Below are positions 38,930 to 51,998 of a stretch of DNA of 64,000 bases, piece by piece (the first letter of the stretch is position 1; every line of letters begins with the position of its first letter). A program made the position numbers and the translations under genes. The DNA comes from Octopus sinensis. Taxonomy: Eukaryota. The notes beneath the pieces were generated by a model, which worked only from the letters and a program-made list of their open reading frames with translations, did not search any database and was not told the DNA's origin. Location of the stretch: positions 84,134,001 through 84,198,000 of the forward strand of contig NC_043001.1 of NCBI RefSeq assembly GCF_006345805.1, in the 5' to 3' direction.

Positions 38930-39896
38930 CAGGCACGAGCAACCTACGGCCCGCGGGCCAGATCTGGCCCATGAAGCCTTTTTCTGGCCCGCGGAGACCT
39001 GTAGCAGTATGGTAGTGAAGTAGTTAATTTTATAGTCTGGCCGACTCGTAGAGGCAAAAACGAAACAAGCTTTCGTGGAAAGCACTTTAGCAAAAATTCA
39101 AGGAATGGTGAAAGGACTAATTCGCCGAATCAAATTAGCGAAAGTAAAACTCATGTTTCCCCGAAAAAAGAGACAGGAAACATCAGTAATAAAATGAAAC
39201 TAATTGTAAGCCCTACTAGTCAGTAAGTAACTAACTTTCAATCCGTAAGTTTATCTCTTCTCGACACTAGCGAATGATAACATGTCATTCGCGCACTCAC
39301 TCACATTCTCTCAAAACCAAGAACCAGTTTAGTGAACTACCAAGCTACTAACTCAAGACATTCCAAGCCTATTAATTTGCTAATGTGCAAAGGCCAGAAA
39401 TAACTCAACTCAAATGCATTTATGTAAACAACTGACTATCGAAAATATTAGCCATACACAACATACCACTTCATTCTTATTCTTCTGGTATGCATTTTCC
39501 TTATATAAAGTTTAGGCGATCTTAGCCAAAGTTTAAATTTCACACTCTAACATATGATCCGTTATTTATCACCACTACCTAAATTTTTTCCTCGAATTAT
39601 CCAACCCTAAAATGTCGTCATCAAGAAAGGGGAAAGTGAATAACGAATTCCGAGTGTTCCAAGAAAAATGGAGCAATACTCTCTCTCTTTACTCTTTTAC
39701 TTGTTTCAGTCATTTGACTGTGGCCATGCTGGAGCACCGCCTTTAGTCGAGCAAATCGACCCCAGGACTTATTCTTTGTAAGCCTAGTACTTATTCTATC
39801 GGTCTCTTTGCCGAACCGCCTAGTTACGGTGACGTAAACACACCAACATCGGTTGTCAAGCGATGTCGGGGGGACAAACACAGACACACAAACGCG

Positions 39897-39942
<46 letters not shown>

Positions 39943-42098
39943 CGAGGGGCTTCTTTCAGTTTCCATCTACCAAATCCACTCACAAGGCTTTGGTCGACCA
40001 GAGGCTATAGTAGAAGATACTTGCCCAAAATGCCACGCAGTGGGACTGAAGCCGGAACCATGTGCTTGGTAAACAAGCTAGTTACCACACAGCCACTCCT
40101 AAGCCTATGATTATGTTTTCATACAAATCAAAGAATCAAAGACAAACCAGTGTGTTTACTCGGCTCAGAATCAGTTTCTGTCATTAAAGAATATAGTGTG
40201 AAAAGAATCCAAACACTCATCTCATTACGAAAGTTTTCAAGGTCAACGTAGGAAACAAAAAGTTGAAAATTTAATAAAATATTTGAAAGAGCGGCAGATA
40301 ATTTTTGCCAAGAGACGTGAAGATACCGAAAATATTATTCGTGCTAGTTGTATCATTAGCGAGAAAATTTCAAAACATTCGAAAAATTATTCCGATGGAG
40401 AATTTGTAAAAGAATGCCTATAAGCAGTAGCTGAAATGTTTTGTTCAGATAAAAAAAAAAAAAAAAGGAAATTGATAATATTAGTTTGTCTCGTAGAACT
40501 GTAACAAGACGGATTGAGGAACTTACAACTAATGTAGAATTAGGCTTGAAAAGACTTTCTTCGCATTTTAAACATTTTTCCTTAGCTATTGATGAGAGCA
40601 CTGACGTGTCAAATACAGCCCAACTTGCGGCTTTTGTACGTGGAATTGATGAAGATTTAAATATCACAGAAGAAATGCTTGGTCTTCGAGGAATGACAGA
40701 CAACACCACTGGGGAGGATATTTTTCAAGAATTGAAAATGTTAATGGCCAGATTTAATCGACATTTCAAAAAACTTCATAGTTTAGCAACAGATGGTGCT
40801 CCTGCTATGGTTGGTAGTAAAGAAGGCTTAGTTTCTAAAATCAAATCGGAATTGGCTTCTGTGAATATAGACACAAAAGATTTATTCATTTTTCATAGCA
40901 TAATTCACCAGGAGAATTTGTGCGCCGAGTCACTCAAATACGAACATGTCATGTCCAAGGTTGTTTCGAGTATAAATTTTATAAAATCTCGAACTTTGAA
41001 CCAACGCCAGTTTAAAGAATTTCTTGAGGATATCGAGGCAGAGTATGGAAGTTTGGTTTACTATTGTGAGGTGCGATGGTTGAGCAAAGGAAAAATGTTG
41101 AAACGATTCTATGATCCGAGGAGTGGAAGTTTTACATTCATGGAAATGAAAGCAAAGTCTATCCCTGAATTGAGTGATGATGGCTGGATATGTGATCTTG
41201 CTTTACGCGTTGACTTTATTTCATACCTTAATGACCTTAATTTGAAATTGTAAGGAGAAGGCCAATTCATTCATCAGTCGTACAATTATATCAAAACATT
41301 TCTAAACAAAATGCAACTGTGGGAACGACAGCTCAGAAAATGTAATGTATTCCAATTCCCAACATTGGTAATTCGTGGCAAAATCAATTGTACTTCTTAT
41401 GCAGATGAGGTAAAACTGATCAACGAAAAATTCAATAATAGATTTCTATATTTCAGAACACAAGAAACAAATCTACGTATATTTTCTTCACCTTTTGATA
41501 TCAACATTAACCAGGCTCCCGAGGAATTACAGACGGAATTAATTGAACTCCAAGGGAATAAAGATTTAAAACGGGAAATGAGAGATCATTCACTAATATA
41601 GTTTTATAAAAACATACCTAGAGAAAATTTCCCCTTGATTGTGGATTTTGCTAGAAAGAAACTGTCACTCTTTGGGAGCACGTATAAATGTGAGCAGCTA
41701 TTCTCAAAAATGAAATCTACTAAATCCAAAGCAAGATCAAGAATAACTGATAATCATCTTGAAAATAACTTGAGAGTAGCCACCTTTAGCATTTCTTCAA
41801 ACATCGAGATGTTGGTGAAGAAACATCAACCCCAAATATCCCATTAGAATAATGTTTCATGGCTATTTTCTCCCTATGAGAATGAATAAATTATCTTACT
41901 GATTCAACTACATTTGTTTTATATTAATAAATTGTTTTGTTCTTACCCTTGTTATAATATCCTTTTTATATTATAATGCAAATACTTGTATAAGCACTTG
42001 TATACATATTTTGTAAGTCTATAATTAGAGCTCTGGCTTGCGACTTTGGTGAGAAAACTTAATCCGACCCGCGCATGGAAAAAGGTTGCCCATGCCTG
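38930..42098 (+). mobile_element. Buster/SPIN-type hAT transposon, pseudogenised, with SINE insertion
   Basis: 16-bp TIRs CAGGCA(C/T)G(A/G)GCAACCT. 8-bp TSD ctctaaga/ccctaaga with central TA. Transposase ~39612-41847: BED finger, FSLAIDESTDVS, ATDGAPAMVG, CEVRWLS, FGSTYKCEQLFSKM. Several stops and frameshifts. Confidence 0.9.
39672..40107 (-). mobile_element. SINE family B inserted in the hAT transposase BED finger
   Basis: Interrupts the reading EKWSN|DYVF. Confidence 0.85.
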
Positions 42099-42972
42099 CC
42101 CTAAGACATGCCCATACCCGCTCTAAAATTGTTCTGGCAGAATTGCCTCCCTTAGCTAAACACATCAACACTGTGCGACCCAACCTCGTTTTCGAGGTTA
42201 TTTTCGTAGTAAAAAGAGTTATTGTGAAAAAACACATGTATAATTTGGTAGCCGAAAGTTTACTGAATCTTTTGATTTAAAATCGGCAACTCAGTGTTCG
42301 AATCCATATGGAACATAGATGCACAATCAGGTCCATCACCAGGGACATGGGAGAGTCTGAGTTTCTTAACAGGCAGGTAGTGCATGAAGACATTCGGTAT
42401 TCCTCACGCAAACCGTGACGCCTAAGCCAAACACCAATCAACTTAAGTAATTTAGTAAAATTGTACACTGATTGGTCAGAATACAGTTTGTATAAATTAA
42501 CATTTTGGAGCCTATACAAATATATTTAAGGCACACAGTTTAGCCATCTCGTCACAGTTGTAAATTGTAAAGCATAACTGACAGCACTACTACATGAACC
42601 TGAAAATTGCATAGTTTAATGCATGAAAGTACTAGTTCAATCAGAATGGACATTTAATATTCTATCATTTCATTATATTATATTATCTTGTATTACTATA
42701 AGATTGTAAATAAAACGTGAAAATCAGACGAAGTTGGGATTTATTTGAGTTATATATATATGCCTATGTGAATGTATATATATGTCTATGTGAATGTGTG
42801 TATGCGTGTGTCATAAAATTGAATATTTTTCTAAGAAAATAATACGAAAAATAACCATCAAACATAATCAAAATCAAGACCTCAATGTGCGTGTAGAATG
42901 TGATACTTGCAATAATTCTATTGACAACGAAACTTTAGAGTCATTATAGAATGAAACCTTTTCTCTTTCTAG

Positions 42973-43095
42973 ATACCAACGAGTGTTTAATCAGCAACGG
43001 AGGGTGTGATCACATCTGTCATAACACAATGGGCGGTGTCGTCTGTTCCTGTCGTGAAGGATTCTCTTTGACTGACGATGAGCGTAGCTGTGTGG
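42973..43095 (+). CDS. cbEGF exon 10
   Basis: tag|...|gtaagc, 123 nt; [41 protein letters not shown]. Confidence 0.93.
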
Positions 43096-43347
43096 GTAAG
43101 CACTATGAATTTCACGGTCATTCAATCTCTTTAAACAATCCTATTCAATACTTAGTGATAGAAGGCACTCCAGGTTTTCGCGAATATCCAGTGTAGGATA
43201 AGTATACTCAGGAGTTCAGAGGTGAGTGTACGTGAAAATATTTCTGGATTTTGCGAATATTAAATCGGGTTAAGTGCTTGTTGGTTTATTGGTTTCCACG
43301 AGTTTCTTGAGTAGGACATAAATTTTAACTTGAATATTGTATTTCAG

Positions 43348-43470
43348 ATAACAACGAATGCCAAGATGAAGATATCCCGTGCAGTCACAACTGCATCAAT
43401 ACACTGGGTTCTTACAAGTGTTCATGCAACCACGGCTACGTCCTAAAAGCAGATAAGTACTCATGTGAAG
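43348..43470 (+). CDS. cbEGF exon 11
   Basis: cag|...|gtaaga, 123 nt; [41 protein letters not shown]. Confidence 0.93.
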
Positions 43471-43527
43471 GTAAGATATATAGCTCTTTCTCTCTCTTTC
43501 TCACACACCTTTATATATATCCGTATG

Positions 43528-43596
<69 letters not shown>

Positions 43597-43623
43597 ATAA
43601 ATATGTATTTTTGGTTGTTTCAG

Positions 43624-43746
43624 ATGAGAATGAATGTACATCAAATAACGGTAACTGCAGCCATACATGTGTGAACAAAGAAGGATCTTACACATGTACA
43701 TGTTATGCCGGGTTTGTCCTTAAATATGACCAGAGGACATGTACAG
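43624..43746 (+). CDS. cbEGF exon 12
   Basis: cag|...|gtaagg, 123 nt; DENECTSNNGNCSHTCVNKEGSYTCTCYAGFVLKYDQRTCT. Confidence 0.93.
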
Positions 43747-43899
43747 GTAAGGAGAATTTTATTACAATTAATTTTGAGTTCAATCTCCGATATTTCAGAC
43801 GCTGTCATTCGCTTTCTCGTTTTTTTTTTTAAAGTTTCTTTCCTGATCGCTGTGCCGCATTCTCTAAATATCTCTTCTTCTCACTCTCTCTCTCTCTCC

Positions 43900-43953
<54 letters not shown>

Positions 43954-44867
43954 CAAATAACAAACTATCTGAGTTTCTTAACAGGCAGGTAGTGCATGAT
44001 AGAATCGTGTCCACTGATTGAATGACACTTAATAAACAATATTTTGTGTCGAGACAACTGGATTTGTCCCAGTATGTGTGTATGCATGTATGTATATATG
44101 TATGCATGTTTGTATGTATGTATTTGTTTGTTTGTATGTATGTATGTATGTATGCATGTATGTATGTATGTATGCATGTATGTATGTATGTATGTATGTA
44201 TGTATGTATGTATGTATGTATGTATGTATGTATGTATAAGGCGAGTTGCAGAATGATTGCCGCACCGGGCAAAATGTTTAGCGGTATTTCGTACATCTTT
44301 TCATTCTGCGTTCGAATTCCGTCTAGGTCACTTTGCTTTTCATCCTTTCGGGTCAATGAAATAAGTATCAGTTATGCTCTAGGGTAGATGTAATTGACTA
44401 CCATTCTCTTCCAAAATTTCAGGCTTTTTTCCGTATAGTAGAAAGATTATATGTATACACACACACACACACACACGTGTGTGTGTGTGTGTGAGTATGT
44501 GTGTGTGTGAGTGTGTGTGTGAATTTGATAATCTTGAAAGCTTCCTGCTATACTGATCATATTTTGGAACATCGTAGCTCACACAAGCAGTGAATCATAG
44601 TGAGCTGAAGCATATGTAGGCGTTCTTGTTTGCCTGGGGTATTTTTCTTCCTTGACTGTTGAACAAAGTAGGAGAATTTGATGTATTGCAGTAGCAGGTA
44701 CTCTTGCATGATTTAAAACTTTGCTGTTAGCGTCTTTTGGCTAGCGACAAAAGAATAATTTCATAAAGTACAAATAATGCAGTGTTCAAAGCAGCGTTGG
44801 AAAGAATAGAGCCTCAGTTTTAAGCGCATTCAAATTATCAAGACATGTCATGAAAAACACTTTTAAT

Positions 44868-45022
<155 letters not shown>

Positions 45023-45403
45023 ATAGTAGAGGGGCAAGTTTTGTCTAGCGAATGCTTAAAAAAAAGATGGGTGAATGTAGCAAGGATGGCACGTATGAAT
45101 GACGAAGCCACCTTGAGCATGACTCTATGAACCCGGAAAAATTTAAAACAGTGTTACTTGCAAATGAATGTGTTAACATGTGACATTATTGACCGAGGTT
45201 ACCGTGGTCTTTTCCGTAGGCTTTTCTTTCCACGGATAAACCTTATCTGTTTCCCCCCTTACACTTTACATCATGACATCTCTGTGATACACGATCCCTA
45301 TTGATCGTCTCCTTTTTTTCTGTTCTTTAGGATGCCTTTTCATCGAAAACCTACCCCACTTTTTTTTCTCCCCCAAAGAAAAGCTCTACTTTGTAATTTG
45401 TCC

Positions 45404-45473
<70 letters not shown>

Positions 45474-45475
45474 GA

Positions 45476-45522
<47 letters not shown>

Positions 45523-45523
45523 T

Positions 45524-45572
<49 letters not shown>

Positions 45573-45620
45573 TTATCTATCTATCTATATCGTTCTTTGA
45601 CTTTTCTTTATATATTTCAG

Positions 45621-45743
45621 ACGAAAACGAATGTGAAAAGCATTTAGATAGATGTGACCAGTTATGCATCAACACAATTGGTTCTTACGTCTGCGGATGC
45701 GAACTGGGTTATATTCTCCTTCCAGATTCTCGAACGTGCAAAA
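45621..45743 (+). CDS. cbEGF exon 13
   Basis: cag|...AAAA|gtaaga, 123 nt; [41 protein letters not shown]. Confidence 0.93.
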
Positions 45744-46319
45744 GTAAGATATCATTCGTTATTAATCAAATGGGAGAAATTAAACGTCACGGTGAACAAT
45801 AAAATGTGCTGTCAATCAGATCATGAGCTCGTATGTATTCACTGCTGGTCGTTACCAAATTTAGTTTGATAACTGGCATGCATGAAACCCTCTGTTTCTT
45901 AAGTCACCTTTATAACTTTCTGCCAATATTATATACACACGAATACATATATCTGTATACATATACGTGTATATATGTATGTACATGTATGCATATACAG
46001 AGACGTATGTATATAACATATGGTATAATTATAAACAGGGCAAATTTTAGCAAATGCATATATATATATTTCATTTTTGGATTTGGTTTGCAAGATTCTT
46101 TATGTGAGTTCGTGTGTTGAAGCATGTTCAAGACTATTTTAGGAAAATAAAAATAAGAAATTTTAACCGGTGTGTGTGTTAAATTATAAGGCACAAAAAG
46201 AAAATGACTCTACCCAGACACAACATACATACATACATACATACATACATACATACACACACACACACCACACACACACACACACATATACATAATCTTA
46301 TAGCCTTTTATTATTATAA

Positions 46320-46697
46320 TTGTCATTTGACTGCAGCCATACTGGAGCACCGCCTTGAAGGATTTTAGTCAGACAAATCGACCCCAGAGCTTATTGTTTT
46401 TAAAGCCTAGTACTTATTCTATCGGTCTCTTTTGTTGAACTGCTACGTTACCAGGACGTAAACACCCCAACACCGGTTGTCAAGCGGTGACAAGGGGAGA
46501 AACATGGACACAAAGAGACACACACACACATAGATGTATACATATATACATACGGGGGGCATTTTTTAGTTTCCATCTACCAAATCCACTCACAAGGCTT
46601 TGGTCACCTATAGTAGAAGACACTTGCCCAACGTGTCACGCAGTGGGACTGAACCAGGAACCATGTGGTTGGGAGTCAAGCTTCTTACCACACAGCT
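46320..46697 (-). mobile_element. SINE family B
   Basis: Homology to other B copies. Confidence 0.78.
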
Positions 46698-47276
46698 ACA
46701 TATATGCATGTATGTATGTATGCATGTCATTGTTAAGTTTTATTTCAAGATGTCTAGCCAATAGAGGAAGAGCCGGTTTCTAACCTAGATCGAAACTCCC
46801 TTCATCGGAATTTCAGCATCAACAACAGGGTATTTTTGTTTGTATGTATATGTGCATAAATTGTGTTTTATATTTGTATGGACTTTATAGTCCAAATATA
46901 TTGTATTTTAAATTGTAAGAGGGTTAATACCTCTGTATGTGTGTTTTTAAAGAACAATGTTACAGAGAAGTAGAGGGTCGCCGGGCGCTTTCTGTCATCT
47001 CTCATCCTAATCATTTTTGTATCATAATCATTCGCTTCATCAATGTCTGTGTCCAGCCTGCAGAGCTACGTTATCTATGTGCTGCCTACATGGCAAATTT
47101 AATGAACGTATGTATGTATGTATGTATGTATGTATGTATGTATGTATGTATGTATGTATGTATGTATGTATGTATGTATGTATGTATGTATGTATGTATG
47201 TATGTATGTATGTATCTATGTATGTATCCATGTATATAAAGATTACATAAGCTGTTTGGATTTTTAATTTCGCCAG

Positions 47277-47399
47277 GGAAGAATACTTGTGCGTCCGGAA
47301 ATGGGGGTTGTGACCACAATTGCGTGTACGAAAATGGAACAAGCTACTGTTTGTGTAGATCGGGCTACGTTTTGCAGAGAGACGGCAAGACTTGTCTAG
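47277..47399 (+). CDS. EGF exon 14 (lacks calcium-binding consensus)
   Basis: cag|GG...|gtaagt, 123 nt; (R)KNTCASGNGGCDHNCVYENGTSYCLCRSGYVLQRDGKTCL. Six Cys retained, no D-x-N-E-C motif. Confidence 0.9.
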   Translation, partial: GRILVRPEMGVVTTIACTKMEQATVCVDRATFCRETARLV

Positions 47400-47982
47400 G
47401 TAAGTCCTTCGTACTTTCAATGTACATTTTCTTTATTTTCCGGGAGCTAACCACCCAAACCTACGATATAGTTGAGCATGTTAGAACATAAGACAAACTA
47501 TTAAACAAGATTATCAAACACAACTAGCTAACGATCGACAAAAGGAGACCATTAGTTGGTGGACTACTAGTAATAATATTCAGGTGAGTTTAGACCATAG
47601 ATTCCCAAACTTTTTCATGCTGCCGCCCCCTTGATGCCCAGATCACATTGCAAGCACCCATTCACCCACCCATTCACCACCATAAACGTAGACCACTTTC
47701 TGTAGTAAATACAAAACAAACTGTATTTCACAAATAAAACTTGACCTAATTAACCCTTGGCCATCCCATTATAGCCTCACTTTTCTTCAAGCCCTCCCCC
47801 CTCCCCACCCAATGGATCTTTCAACCGCCCCCAAGGGAACATTACTACCCAGTCTGGGGTCCATTGGCTCAGACAATGTAGTCATTAGTATACAAAAAGA
47901 CCGGATGATCATGGCTGCTGCATATTTGATCACAAACTGGGGTTAACAAGAAGACCCCCCCCCCAAAAAAAAAATTCAAATA

Positions 47983-48304
47983 TCTATATCAAACACTTTT
48001 GATTTTTTGTACTTCCGGTCGACGAGGAAGAACGGGAAACTTTAATTTATATCGCTTGATAATGTCATTATTTGTTTCGCTGTTTTCATTCAACACGGCT
48101 TTCGCATTAAGAGCATATTTTAAAATAAAACGATATATATCCTACTAACACTTGGTCAGAAAGCAAGCTTATCGAACATTGTAGAATACAAAAGAACATT
48201 TCATTATTTTTAACCAGGGAATATGTATAACTAGTAAGACTGATAAAGTATATTATTTGTACTTATTTTATAACTATCACGGAATTTTTCACGGGTCTGG
48301 CTAG
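47983..48304 (+). mobile_element. Short non-autonomous Helitron-like element
   Basis: A|TC 5' end; 3' end ...cacgggtctggCTAG|T; no TSD. Confidence 0.4.
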
Positions 48305-48523
48305 TATATATCTATATATTATTGTATTAATATTATGCAAGAATACAAGAAAAGCTGTGTACTTGCACGACTTCGGGTGAAATTTGAGAGCACTTTTATA
48401 TATATATGCGTGTGTGTGTGTACGTATTTACATACATATACATGTAAATATATATACATATGTATATACACATATATATATACATACATACATATATACA
48501 TGCACACACACACACAAATACAT

Positions 48524-48563
<40 letters not shown>

Positions 48564-48635
48564 CATACATATGTATACATATGTATATCTCTCTCTATAT
48601 AAATACTGGTATATAAATATATATACATACATGCA

Positions 48636-48704
<69 letters not shown>

Positions 48705-48866
48705 GTGTATATTTAGGGCTAAAAACCACTAAGTGGATAGCCATATGCTAGAAGAAGATCACATACGATCTAACTACAAAGAAAGAATGTTCTCCAGAGA
48801 AAATTCAGCGAACATCAGAACATAGGCGGGCAAGACAGATGAAAATTACATAAAAATCAAGAATTA

Positions 48867-48940
48867 ATCGTATACCGATTTCGTCTATTACCGAATAAAT
48901 TACTTACGTAATCCTTCGTCCGTAGATTCATCAGTACGAT
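48867..48940 (-). ncRNA. Type I hammerhead-like motif, left palindrome arm
   Basis: Reverse complement of 49000-49073. Confidence 0.68.
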
Positions 48941-48999
48941 CGTTCCACATTCAATATAATTTGCAAAACTAAACACCAAATTATATTGAATGTGGAACG

Positions 49000-49073
49000 A
49001 TCGTACTGATGAATCTACGGACGAAGGATTACGTAAGTAATTTATTCGGTAATAGACGAAATCGGTATACGAT
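49000..49073 (+). ncRNA. Type I hammerhead-like motif with extended stem II
   Basis: AUCGUA-CUGAUGA-A-UCUA...CGAA..AUUAC(GUAA)GUAAU..UUCG...UAGA-C-GAAA-UCGG-UA-UACGAU; 6-bp stem I, canonical core. Confidence 0.7.
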
Positions 49074-49345
49074 TAATTCTTGATTTTTATGTAATTTTCA
49101 TCTGTCTTGCCCGCCTATGTTCTGATGTTCGCTGAATTTTCTCTGGAGAACATTCTTTCTTTGTAGTTAGATCGTATGTGATCTTCTTCCAGCATATGGG
49201 TATCCACCTAGTGATTTTTTTTAGCCCTAAATATACACATGTACTGAAATTTTTTCTGATTTTTCAGATTTTTTATATGCTAAGCTACTGGTTTTAAATT
49301 GATATTAATTAAATTAATATTCAATTTATCTCCCTCATTATTTAA

Positions 49346-49378
<33 letters not shown>

Positions 49379-49407
49379 ATATATATACATATCAACATCT
49401 GTTTTAG

Positions 49408-49530
49408 ATCTGGATGAGTGCAGACTTAGCAATGGAATGTGCAGTGATATATGTATAAACTTTGAAGGATCTTACCATTGCCAGTGTAAGAGAGGTTATT
49501 TCCTTCAGCATGATAAGCTCACCTGTCAAG
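49408..49530 (+). CDS. cbEGF exon 15
   Basis: tag|...|gtaagt, 123 nt; DLDECRLSNGMCSDICINFEGSYHCQCKRGYFLQHDKLTCQ. Confidence 0.93.
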
Positions 49531-49617
49531 GTAAGTGATTTTTGTTAAATGTGACCTCGTGTGTTCCGTTAGCGATTTTTTCCCTCTGTCTTCCCTTCTC
49601 TGGATCTTTCCTTCTAT

Positions 49618-49652
49618 GTTTCCGACGAAGAGCTCCGCTCGAAACGTTAAAC
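49618..49652 (+). ncRNA. Minimal type I hammerhead-like motif
   Basis: Identical to the reverse complement of 3270-3304. Confidence 0.62.
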
Positions 49653-49802
49653 CCTCCTTCTTTCGTTCTTTCTTGAGCGTCCAATAATACTATATTTGTT
49701 CCACGTCCTCGCGTTGTTGTGTTTTTTTGTGCTTTCTTGTTTGGATTAACTTGATATATATATATATGTATATATATTTGTATATTTATTTGTATATATA
49801 TA

Positions 49803-51033
49803 TCAGGTAATTAAGAATGAAATGTCTGAGTTTCTTTTGTACGAAGTTTAACAGTCGTCACCTCTAATGTGTTATCTTGGCAATTCTTTGTTTTACAACA
49901 TAAAAATTTACATCACTTTTCGAAATGCAATTCATGGTATCTGATTATATTATGAGTTTTCTCTTGTAAATCAATTTTTGTGAATTTGAGGAGAGATTAA
50001 AAATTCATGCTGTTCCGTCGTGGAACCAATGCATCCCAGACACCTCAAAATATCAATGTGGTGTTTGGTGAAGATGTGGCGAATGAGCACACTGTACATC
50101 GATGGTTTGAGAAGTTCCTGTTACTCTTGAAAATCAATTGGTAGACCTGAGACCAAGGTGGATAATGATGAGCTGGAAACTGCAGTGGAAGCCGATACAT
50201 CTCAAACTATGCGTGAGTTACCAGCAAGGTTGATATTTCGATTTCAGCTGTATTGGTTCATCTGCAACAAATCGGCAAGGTAAAGAAGCTGGACAGGTGG
50301 GTACCACATGAACTGAACGAGCATCAAATGACACGTCGTCTTAAAACTCGCTGTCACGGCATAAAAGCGAACCATTTTTGCATCGTATTGTTACGGGTGA
50401 TAAAAAATGAATTATTTTCAACAATAGCAAGCGTTTTGCACGGTGGTTGGCTAGAAACGAAGAGTAAAAAGCAAAATCCAAAAAAGAATATTCACCAAAA
50501 AAGCTAATGGTGTCTGCTTGGTGATCTAGCACCGGTGTCATTCCCTACAGCTTCATGAAACCTGTAAAGTGAATTACTGCGGATGCATACACCAGCCAGC
50601 TGGATGAAATGATGAATGAACTTGCAATTAAACAACCGAGATTGGTCAATAGAGAAAGGCCAATTCTCTTGCAAGACAAGATGTTGCACAAAGAACGCTA
50701 CTCAAATTACAAGAACTGAACTTGAAAGTACTCTGTCATCCACCATATTCACCAGATTTTGCACCAACAGACTATCACGTTTTCCAGGCATTTGACAACA
50801 TTTTGATAGAAAAAACTTCAAATCTGAAGAAGATGCAAAAACAGCCTTTCATGATTTCATCACCTCTTGCTCTCCAGTATTCTTCTCTGCTGGAATAAAT
50901 AGGCTATCGATGAAATGACAAAATTGTGTTCATAATTTAAGTGCATACTTTAATTAACAGCATTGTTTTTTGTTGAGATAAAGTAAAATAAACTTTCAGT
51001 TCAAAATCGGACATTTCATTCCTAATGACTTGA
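49803..51033 (+). mobile_element. Decayed mariner transposon
   Basis: TA TSD, ~30-bp TIRs TCA(G/A)GT(A/C)ATTA(A/G)GAATGAAATGTC(T/C)GA; WVPHELNE and HPPYSPDFAPTDYH motifs; many frameshifts. Confidence 0.88.
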
Positions 51034-51149
51034 TATTTGTATAGTCATTTATATATATACGTAAGCATGCGTAAAGAAATAAAATATATATAACTACATC
51101 TCTCTGTTTCTCTCTGTCTCTCCCTGTCTCTCTCTTTATTTGTATATGC

Positions 51150-51463
51150 ATGTATATCACGTGACACGTGACCGACCAGGCCATCAGATGTTGCTACACA
51201 TCGCTGGTCACAATGCGCTTCGCGTTGTTTTAGCCTTCAATGACGCCACCCCGCTGGCTAAGCGAGCAGGCCAACAGAAGTAAGAGTGAGAGAAAGTTGT
51301 GGTGAAAGAGTACAGCAGGGATCATCACCATCCCCTGCCGGAGTCTTGTGGAGCTTTAGGTGTTTTCGCTCAATAAACACTCACAACGCCTGGTCTGGGA
51401 ATCGAAACTGCGATCCTACTACCGCAAGTCCGCTGCCCTAACAACTGGGCCATTGCGCCTCCA
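51150..51463 (-). mobile_element. SINE family C-related
   Basis: tRNA-like head GGAGGCGCAATGGCCCAG on the minus strand. Confidence 0.75.
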
Positions 51464-51818
51464 CATATGCATATATATATATATGAATATGCATATATAT
51501 ATATACAAACACACGCACACATACACACACACAGGCACATATATATAGGTTTAGTAACACAAATAAGGAACATAGAATTTAATACAAGTATAATTTTTTA
51601 TTTTTACTTTGAATCAGCAGACCAAATTTAAACTATAAAAAGCGTACAAAAACACTCACACTCACACGCACTCATATATACACAAACACTCACACTTGTA
51701 CACTCGCACGCACACTCGTTCGCATGTGCTCACATAAAACGATGTTTGAGCATCTGACTTCTATTAGTCCAGCCGATATTCGGTTTCGCTAGTGCTTGTG
51801 TTCCACATTCGCTTTATT

Positions 51819-51948
51819 AATCTTGGCATTTTGTTGATGTAATAAATTGTTAAATTATTGCATCTGGATTTCCAAATAACTCCGAAATTTTAATTAATGG
51901 CCGTTTTGTATACATTTTAAGTACATTCATCACCATCCATGATATTGG

Positions 51949-51998
<50 letters not shown>

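Larger units (their letters stand above)
48700..49243. repeat. Near-perfect inverted repeat (~265-bp arms, 13-nt spacer), Penelope-like inverted-terminus structure
   Basis: 48700-48963 is the reverse complement of 48977-49243. The inner ~190 bp match on inspection, with a few mismatches and one indel at the outer ends. Confidence 0.92.

Noticed and set aside
40486-41847. hAT ORFs as a domesticated GTF2IRD2/ZBED-like host gene
   Set aside because: Multiple stops and frameshifts, a SINE insertion and retained TIRs/TSD indicate a dead transposon.
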